From the NCBI RefSeq assembly GCF_008065095.1, contig NZ_CP042911.1, positions 1,830,001 to 1,862,000 on the forward strand: a stretch of 32,000 bases of DNA. The letters run 5' to 3'. The notes below the pieces were generated by a model. The model made no database searches. It was not told the origin of the DNA and saw nothing but the letters and a program-made list of their open reading frames with translations. The position numbers were made by a program, and so were the translations under genes. Within the stretch, counting starts at the first letter, position 1; each line of letters starts with the position of its first letter. Origin of the DNA: Gemmata obscuriglobus. Lineage in GTDB: Bacteria > Planctomycetota > Planctomycetia > Gemmatales > Gemmataceae. Positions 23,383-30,041 of the stretch are shown one piece after another.

Positions 23383-23555
23383 AAGACTCAAAAGTCAGAG
23401 GACAGGGGACGCAGTCAGGAGACAGAGCCCGACGCCCGGTCCGGTTGGCCGCGCCTGGTGTTTCGTAGCACAGGTCGGAACACCAGTGCCGTAATGGGGT
23501 AACGCCAGCGCACACGCCAACAACCGGATCGCGAACCAGACGCGCTCGCTGCCTG

Positions 23556-25124
23556 CTACTTCTTTCTCGAATCCTCGACCATCTGGCGCACGGCCGGGTC
23601 GTCACCGGCCACCCCTAGCACGGCGTCCCGGACGGCCGCGGCCTCGGCCGCGCGGCCCTGGGCGTCGAAGGCCTTTGCGTGTTCGAGGGCGGCACGCACC
23701 GGCTCGCGGTCGAGCGGCGGTCGGGGGGCGCGCACCGTTTGCTGGGCCAGGAGTGCGTGCCCCGTACGCGCGAGTTCGACCCAGCGCTGCTCCGACGGGA
23801 CCGCCGCGAACGCCGCAACCACGCCCTCCCACGCCTCCCGCGCCTGCGCGGTCTCGCCCGCCTGCGCGAACCGCAGCCCGCGCAGATACCCGCGCTCGGC
23901 GTCGGTCCGCGGGTCGGCTTTCGCCCCCTCCGTGATCGCGCGCCGCAGTTCTCGGCGGTCCCGGATGCGCCGGCGGGCGGCGGCCAACTCGTCCTTGTAC
24001 CGGTCGGCGTACTTTCGCGTGAGCGGCTCCAGGTACTTCTCGGCGGCGTCCCAGTCGTCGGGGTTGTCGGATTCGACCAGCGGTTGGGCGGCGGTGAACA
24101 ACTCGTCCGCGGACGGCTCCGGCCACGCGAACGGCAGCACCAGCGCCGCCACCGCCGCCAGGAACAGGGGGATCACGACGACGGGCCGCTTCAGGAGGGG
24201 CCGCGGCTCGGGGGCCGGGTCGTCCGTATCGCCCCCGCCCAGGGCCGCCGGGAGCGCCGGCATTTCGGCTGTGTCGGGCGTGAGCTTCGCGGGCCACACG
24301 AGTTTCTCGCCCTTGCGCTCCAACTTGCCGCGCACCCGCTCCAACTCGTCGAGCAGCGCGGCGGCGGTCGCCGGGCGCCGCGCCGGGTTCTTGTCGAGCA
24401 GGGTGCAAACGAACTCGTCCACCTCCGCCGGGAGGTCGGGGACGAGCAGCGCCGGCCGCTCCGGGAGCGTGTAACACTGCTTGTGCATCAGTTCGACCAC
24501 CGACCCGGCGGAGAACGGGGGGCGGCCGGTCACCAGAGTATAAAGCACGCCCCCGAGCGAGTACAAATCGCTCCGCCGGGTGAGCGGCTTGCCGCTCGCG
24601 GTCTCCGGCGGCAGGTACGCCGCCGACCCGATCGCCGGAACGTGGCTCGGGGGCGAGGGGAACACCTTGGCGATCCCGAACGCGAGGAGCTTCAGCGTCC
24701 CGTCGGGCGCGATAACGAAGTTGGCGGGCTTGAGGTCGCGGTGCAGGACGTTCCGGTTGTGCGCGTGTTTCAGCGCCCGCGCCGCCTGAACCGCGACGCC
24801 CAGCACCTCGCGCCAGGGGAGCTTTCCCGCTTCGAGGCGCTTCGCGCAGTCGGTGCCGGCGACGAACTCGGACGCGACGAACGCCAGCCCGCCGTGGGTG
24901 CCGCAGTCGATGGTTTTGGCGATGTTCGCGTGGTCGAGCCGCTGGAGCGGGAGCAGCTCGGCGGCCATCCGCTGCACCGCCGCGGGGTCGCGCACCCCGG
25001 TGAACACTTTTACCGCGGTCACCTTCTCGGGGTCGTCGAACCCGCGGGCGCGGTACACCACCCCGAGCGGACCGTGCCCGATTTCGGACTCGACGTACCA
25101 GTTTCCGACCCGCGCACCGATCAT
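23556..25124 (-). CDS. Ser/Thr protein kinase, single TM, helical repeat (TPR-like) C-terminal domain
   Basis: ATG 25124 gives MIGARVGNWYVESEIGHGPLGVVYRA. AVKVF, HRDLKPANFVI, AFGIAKV, AAYLPPE. TM VVVIPLFLAAVAALVLPFAW. Helical Ala/Arg-rich tail. Confidence 0.9.
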   Translation of the reverse strand: MIGARVGNWYVESEIGHGPLGVVYRARGFDDPEKVTAVKVFTGVRDPAAVQRMAAELLPLQRLDHANIAKTIDCGTHGGLAFVASEFVAGTDCAKRLEAGKLPWREVLGVAVQAARALKHAHNRNVLHRDLKPANFVIAPDGTLKLLAFGIAKVFPSPPSHVPAIGSAAYLPPETASGKPLTRRSDLYSLGGVLYTLVTGRPPFSAGSVVELMHKQCYTLPERPALLVPDLPAEVDEFVCTLLDKNPARRPATAAALLDELERVRGKLERKGEKLVWPAKLTPDTAEMPALPAALGGGDTDDPAPEPRPLLKRPVVVIPLFLAAVAALVLPFAWPEPSADELFTAAQPLVESDNPDDWDAAEKYLEPLTRKYADRYKDELAAARRRIRDRRELRRAITEGAKADPRTDAERGYLRGLRFAQAGETAQAREAWEGVVAAFAAVPSEQRWVELARTGHALLAQQTVRAPRPPLDREPVRAALEHAKAFDAQGRAAEAAAVRDAVLGVAGDDPAVRQMVEDSRKK

Positions 25125-25179
25125 GTCAGATATGGTAATCACTGGCCGGAGTGGGGCCACCGCGAAACGAAAGGTGGAT

Positions 25180-25554
25180 ATGGGTACACGCACCGTCGCC
25201 GTGCTGCTGATCGCGCATGGGAGCCGCCGCCCGGAGGCGAACGCCGACCTCGAGTTCGTCGCCGCTTCCCTGCGGGCGCGGGGGCGGTACCCCGTCGTGC
25301 AGGTCTCCTACCTCGAACTGGCGGAACCCGACATCGAAACCGGCGGCGCGCAGTGCGTCGGGGCCGGTGCCACGGATGTGCTTCTGCTGCCGTACTTTTT
25401 GTCCCCGGGGATTCACGTTGCCGAAGACCTGACCGAGGCCCGCGAGAAGTTGAGCGCGCGGTTCCCGTGGGTGCGGTTCGCGCTGGCCGAGCCGCTCGGC
25501 CGGCACCCGCTCTTGATCGACGTGCTGGAGCAGCGCGCCCGGGCGGCGGAATAA
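25180..25554 (+). CDS. cbiX: Small CbiX/SirB-type sirohydrochlorin chelatase
   Basis: AAGGTGGA just upstream of ATG 25180. AVLLIAHGSRRPEANADLE and VLLLPYFLSPGIHVAEDL match the CbiX(S) pattern. 124 aa. The upstream part of track ORF 24853-25554 is antisense to the kinase. Confidence 0.8.
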   Translation: MGTRTVAVLLIAHGSRRPEANADLEFVAASLRARGRYPVVQVSYLELAEPDIETGGAQCVGAGATDVLLLPYFLSPGIHVAEDLTEAREKLSARFPWVRFALAEPLGRHPLLIDVLEQRARAAE

Positions 25555-25786
25555 GACGAAATCCGGTTGAAGAATGTCCACATCCTGGAGCCGGATCGTT
25601 AACCGATTTTCAATCCTGGGCAGGCGATAGGACCATTGTCCATGCAATCCGTGATGTTGGGGTCACTCGGGTTCGAGTGAGGTCGAGATGGTTTTTGAGC
25701 CGCTCTGGCCAATACCCCGCACGGATTTCCCGGATTGGAATCTGTTGACAGCGGTCGGCATCCAGAATGCGGCGTGGGTTCGGCGC

Positions 25787-27388
25787 TCAGTGCGGCTCAG
25801 CGCTGAGCAACCCGAGTCGCGCGAGCGCGGCCCGGGCCAGCGCGACGGCTTCCGCCGGCGTCCCCTCGGTCGAAACGTGCGCGAGCACGCGACTCACGTC
25901 CGGCCCGGGGTGCTCCCAGCTCGCCGCCAGTTGCTCGTAAACCTGCCAGTCCGCGTCCGAGGCGTCGCCCGTGCGGGCCGCGAGCCGGGCGCGCGTCGTT
26001 TCGGGCGACGCCGCACACACCAGCACCGCTCCGGGCACGCCGTACCGCGTGACGCAATCGAGGAACTCGTGCCGGCGGCGCTCCTCGCGGAACGTCGCGT
26101 CCACAATGACGCGCCCCCCCGCGCGCAGGAACGTTTCGGCCCGGCTCAGGCACTCGGCGTAGGTGCGGTCGGTTCGCTCCGGGGTGTAGCGCGCGGCGCG
26201 CTCTTCGCATGGCGACGCCCGGTTCACCGCGAGCCCCTCCAGTTCCTTGCGGACCACGTCCGAGCGGATCAGCTCGAACCCGCCGGCCGCCGCGAGTTCG
26301 CGCGCGAGTGTGGATTTACCCGACCCCGGCAGCCCGCCGACGAGCAGCAGCCCCGGGCGCCGGTCGGGCGTTTCCAGTTCCGCGAGCGCGAGCAGCCAGT
26401 GCGCCCGTGACCGCGCCGCGGCCCGCTCGCGTTCGGCCGCCGGCACTTCGGGTTCGGCGAGCAGCAGTTCGTCAACCATCCCGCGCACGGCGGCCCGGTA
26501 CGCGGTGTACAGCGGCAGCAGCGCGCGCCCCTCCTCGTCCCCGGACGCGCGGAAGTAGGCGTCCGCGAACGCCCGCCCGAGGTCGCGGCGCCCACGGAAC
26601 GCGAGGTCCATGACCACGAACGCCGCGTCCGCGACCGGGTCCGTGCAGCGGAGCGCCTCGCTGAACTCGATGCAGTCGATGACCACCAGATCGTTGGGCG
26701 GCGCGGCGTCCGGGAAGTGGTAAATGTGGTCCAGGTGCAGGTCGCCGTGACAGTCGCGGGGCACCCCGCGGGCCGCGCGGGCATCGATCAGCGGTTGAAG
26801 GCGCGCCAGAGCCTCTTCCGCCAGCGCCCGGACGCGCGCGAAGACGCCGGGCGCGAGCACCTTCGCGGCGTGGGCCTCGGCGCGGGCGAACACGTCGCGC
26901 ACCGCCCGCGCGACGGCGGCAGACGTGCCGAACGCGGCAATTCGGTCGTTCGTTTCGGCGGCGCGGTGGAACGCCGCCAACCGCTCCGCGAGCGCCACCA
27001 CCAGCGCCTCACCGACTGCGCCGCGCCGGAGCCGTTCGAGGAGCGTGGCGTCGTTCGGGAGCCGGCGCATCTTCACGGCCCACTCGACTGGTTCGCCCTC
27101 GCCCCCGAACCGGAGCCCCGTCGCGGTGCGAGTGACGGGCACGACGCCGCGGTACACGTCCGGCGCCAGCCGGCGGTTCAGCCGCACCTCTTCTCGGCAG
27201 AAGTGGAGCCGCTTGTCAAGCGTGGTGAAGTCGAGGAACCCGGGCGCGACCGGCTTCTTGAGCTTGTAAACGTGCTCGCCCGCGAGGAACACCACCGAGA
27301 TGTGCGTCTGGCACACCTCGACCGCCTCGACCGCATCGGGGTACGCCGCGGGCCGCGCCAGCGCGTCGATCAGGTGCGGGAGGTCCAT
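25787..27388 (-). CDS. Bifunctional aminoglycoside-phosphotransferase-like (APH) / P-loop kinase (AAA_33-like) protein
   Basis: ATG 27388 gives MDLPHLIDAL. CQTHISVVFLAGEHVYKLKKPV, DCHGDLHLDHIY (Brenner-type HxDxxxxx motif), VIDCIEF. C-terminal Walker A LLLVGGLPGSGKSTLAREL. The 133 codons upstream in the track ORF are Arg-rich and overlap the next gene. Confidence 0.8.
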   Translation of the reverse strand: MDLPHLIDALARPAAYPDAVEAVEVCQTHISVVFLAGEHVYKLKKPVAPGFLDFTTLDKRLHFCREEVRLNRRLAPDVYRGVVPVTRTATGLRFGGEGEPVEWAVKMRRLPNDATLLERLRRGAVGEALVVALAERLAAFHRAAETNDRIAAFGTSAAVARAVRDVFARAEAHAAKVLAPGVFARVRALAEEALARLQPLIDARAARGVPRDCHGDLHLDHIYHFPDAAPPNDLVVIDCIEFSEALRCTDPVADAAFVVMDLAFRGRRDLGRAFADAYFRASGDEEGRALLPLYTAYRAAVRGMVDELLLAEPEVPAAERERAAARSRAHWLLALAELETPDRRPGLLLVGGLPGSGKSTLARELAAAGGFELIRSDVVRKELEGLAVNRASPCEERAARYTPERTDRTYAECLSRAETFLRAGGRVIVDATFREERRRHEFLDCVTRYGVPGAVLVCAASPETTRARLAARTGDASDADWQVYEQLAASWEHPGPDVSRVLAHVSTEGTPAEAVALARAALARLGLLSAEPH

Positions 27389-27447
27389 CGGTTCAGCTCC
27401 GGGCGCGGAAGGGGCCGCGTACCCGGAGTGTACCACGCCGGGGCGCG

Positions 27448-28047
27448 TCACGTGTGCCCGAGAACGGCGTCCACGAGCCAGCACCCGCGGGCGTGGGGCT
27501 GGCTCGCGTCGCGGCAGTGGTGCAGGACGTCGGCGCTGTCGCACCCGGCGTCCTGAAGGGCGTCGGCGAGGATGGGCATGGCGCTGAAGTCCCGGGACTC
27601 GTATATCTGCCGCGCGAGCGCGGTGACCGTGCCCGTGCGCCACTCCGGGGCGAGCGCGACCGGCCGGAACGCGGTCGCGAAGATGTCGTAGATGACGGCG
27701 ATCTCGACCTCCGGCGCGACCCCGGAGCCAATGGCGAACTCGGCGGCCGACCGGCCCGTTTCGACGACCGTGCAGGCGGGGAGCCACAGCTCGCGGCGCA
27801 GCGCGTTACTGCCGCCCGCGGCGCGCAAGTGGCCGAAGTGGTGCTGCCGGGCCGCGTCCGTCCCGCCGCCGTCGGCCAGGTCTTCGGCGAACGCGACCGC
27901 CTCCCGGGCGCGGGCGGACAGTTCGTCCCAGATGGCGCGGCACAGCGCGCAGGCGACCAGCCGCAGCCGGCGGTCGGTCTGGTTCCGCACCAGCCCGAGG
28001 AGCCACGCGGTGTCGATGTGCGCTCGCGGGGTGCCGCCGGGGTTCAT
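27448..28047 (-). CDS. Conserved hypothetical protein of the Cys-motif family expanded in planctomycetes and myxobacteria
   Basis: RRLRLVACALCRAIWDEL..REAVAFAEDLADG and C-terminal WRTGTVTALARQIYESRDFSAMPILADALQDAGCDSADVLHHCRD..PHARGCWLVDAVLG match a paralogous family I recall from Gemmata-type genomes. No known function. Confidence 0.7.
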   Translation of the reverse strand: MNPGGTPRAHIDTAWLLGLVRNQTDRRLRLVACALCRAIWDELSARAREAVAFAEDLADGGGTDAARQHHFGHLRAAGGSNALRRELWLPACTVVETGRSAAEFAIGSGVAPEVEIAVIYDIFATAFRPVALAPEWRTGTVTALARQIYESRDFSAMPILADALQDAGCDSADVLHHCRDASQPHARGCWLVDAVLGHT

Positions 28048-28319
28048 CGCTCGCCCCTGCTCGTGACGTGTGGAGGCTGTCTTCCCGACTTATACCACAG
28101 CCGCCGCCACGGGTCACGGAGAACGCCGCCGCGCCGGCATCGAAGGTGAGGTCGGGCCGCGTGCCCGCGTCACGAACGTGTGCAACCGGGCCGATGGTGC
28201 CCTCGACGAGGGCCGTAAGGGGCGAGCCTTCGGAGAGGTGAGAGTACGGGCCGTCGGACGGATTCACGGCGGCTTCAAGGCGCCACGAAAGAGTAACCCC
28301 CGAGTGCCGCTCCGGGATC

Positions 28320-28380
28320 AGTGTGAATTACGTAATTTTAATTGGTTGATTGTTAATAAATATTGCGAAATATTATCGGG
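28320..28380. promoter_or_regulatory. 60-bp AT-rich island with a perfect 12-bp palindrome in a divergent intergenic region
   Basis: AATTACGTAATT (28326-28337) is a perfect palindrome. AATATT-gcga-AATATT lies at 28359-28374. About 80 percent A+T within a GC-rich 820-bp gap between 27448-28047(-) and 28869-30008(+). Confidence 0.4.
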
Positions 28381-28868
28381 TGTACGCGGCCAGATCGGGA
28401 TCCCGGTGCGCGCGGGCGCAAAATTTTGCCGGGTTGTGACGGTTGCCCGCGCGGATCCGAGTTTCATCGGCTCGCAGGTCCCGGGGTAGCCGTAAAACAC
28501 GCAATTTACGCTGACACCGATCTTTGCCTGTTCTAGTGTTGCGTAAAGTTTGCAGCGCTGCTGCCGGTGAGCGCCCCGGAGCGCCTTTCGCCACCCGTTC
28601 TTGCGCCCTGCCGCCTCGTTCAGCGACGGGATGCCCAGTCAGGAACGTAAACGGACCGGGCGACTTCCGGCACGCCGTTACAGACGTTGTGCCCCACGAT
28701 TTTCTGGTCGTTCCAGCGGGCACGACCAGCGACCGCGCGGTAACCGACGGATCAGGAGGGACACGCGGCGGTTGTCACCGGCAGGTCGGGGAACGGGCCG
28801 CTCGGTCCCGGCTGGCGGGCGAAGCGCAACGGTAATGGCCGCCCCCGCGAACACGAGGTACCCACACA

Positions 28869-30008
28869 GTGTCTCCTGACCATTTGCCGCGGACGACCGA
28901 GGGTGACGGGGCGCCCGCGAGCGGCCACGCGGACCGGCTCGCGGGGCACGGGTTCGACTACCGCTACTCTCCGGGTGTCGCGGAGTTACTGGAGGGCCTC
29001 GGCGCGTCGCTGCTGGTGAGCACGTACCAGGCCGGCAAACTGGCCGTGCTGCGATCGTCCGGGGGCAAACTGTCGCTCTTGCTGCGCACGTTCGATAAGG
29101 CCATGGGGCTCGCCGTCGGCCCGGACCGTCTGGCCGTCGGCACCAACTACCAGATTTGGACGCTGTGGAACTCGCCCTCCGTGGCGGCCAGACTCAACCA
29201 GGCGCCCGACCGGTCCCCCGGCCCCGACCACGACGCCTGCTACCTGCCGCGGTCCGCCCACCTGACGGGGGCCATCGACGTCCACGAGATGGCGTACGCG
29301 CGGGGGGCCGACGGCGGGCACGAACTGTGGCTGGTGAACACCCACTTCTCGTGCCTGTGTACCCTGGACGAGCGCTTCAGCTTCGTGCCGCGGTGGCGGC
29401 CCCCGTTCGTGACGGCCCTGGCCCGCGAGGACCGGTGCCACCTCAACGGTCTGGCGGTGCGCGACGGCCGGCCGCGCTACGCCACCTGTTTCGGCCGGAC
29501 CGACACCTACGAGGGGTGGCGGCCCGCCAAGCGCGACGGCGGCCTCCTGCTCGAGGTTCCCGGCGGCGAGGTGATCGCCGCCGGCCTGTCCATGCCGCAC
29601 TCGCCCCGCTGGCACAACGGCCGGCTGTGGGTCCTGGACTCCGGCCGGGGCCGGTTGCTCGCCGTCGACCTCGCGAGCGGGAAGGCGGAGTGCGTGACCG
29701 AACTCCCCGGCTACACCCGCGGGCTTGCGTTCGCCGGGCGATACGCGCTCGTCGGCCTGTCCAAGACCCGCGACACGGCTACGTTCGGAGGCGTCGAGGT
29801 GGCGGAGCGGTACGCCGAGCGGCCCTGCGGCGTGGCGGTCGTGGACCTCGCGACCGGAGCGCTGGTCGGCCTGATCGAGTTCCTCGGCGGCATTCGCGAG
29901 GTGTTCGACGTTCAACTTCTTCCGGGCGCCCGCTGGCCCGCCGTGGTCGGCCTGGAAAAGGACGCCGTCCGCCAGGCCAGCGTCCCGGCCCCGGAAGTCC
30001 CGCTATAG
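28869..30008 (+). CDS. TIGR03032 / DUF4915 family protein
   Basis: GTG start, the first start after an in-frame TAA at 28833. LLVSTYQAGKL, FSCLCTLDERFSFVPRWRPPFVTALAREDRCHLNGLAVRDGRPRY, GLSMPHSPRWHNGRLWVLDSGRG, PGYTRGLAFAGRYALVGLSK and EVFDVQLLPG match the near-invariant motifs I recall for TIGR03032. Confidence 0.88.
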   Translation: MSPDHLPRTTEGDGAPASGHADRLAGHGFDYRYSPGVAELLEGLGASLLVSTYQAGKLAVLRSSGGKLSLLLRTFDKAMGLAVGPDRLAVGTNYQIWTLWNSPSVAARLNQAPDRSPGPDHDACYLPRSAHLTGAIDVHEMAYARGADGGHELWLVNTHFSCLCTLDERFSFVPRWRPPFVTALAREDRCHLNGLAVRDGRPRYATCFGRTDTYEGWRPAKRDGGLLLEVPGGEVIAAGLSMPHSPRWHNGRLWVLDSGRGRLLAVDLASGKAECVTELPGYTRGLAFAGRYALVGLSKTRDTATFGGVEVAERYAERPCGVAVVDLATGALVGLIEFLGGIREVFDVQLLPGARWPAVVGLEKDAVRQASVPAPEVPL

Positions 30009-30041
30009 ACCCAGACCCAACTCCCTCTCCGAGGAACGAAC

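Noticed and set aside
25125-25179. Cobalamin or other riboswitch ahead of cbiX
   Set aside because: The divergent spacer is only 55 nt, which is too short for a B12 riboswitch, and contains no B12-box-like sequence.
25655-25685. tRNA-like T-arm (CACTC-GGGTTC-GAGTG with a GGTTCGA core)
   Set aside because: No acceptor, D or anticodon arms can be built around it, and the loop length is wrong. It is an isolated chance match. I found no tRNA in the window.
22456-25748. ORFs 22456-23502(+), 23679-25748(+) (689 aa), 23602-24477(-) and others over the kinase genes
   Set aside because: Antisense or out of frame to two ORFs with complete Hanks-type kinase motifs. No independent motifs, and biased composition.
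25787-27787. The full 666-aa ORF as the APH/P-loop gene
   Set aside because: The first 133 codons are Arg/Pro/His-rich, overlap gene 27448-28047 in another frame, and precede the conserved family N-terminus MDLPHLIDAL. The start was moved to ATG 27388.
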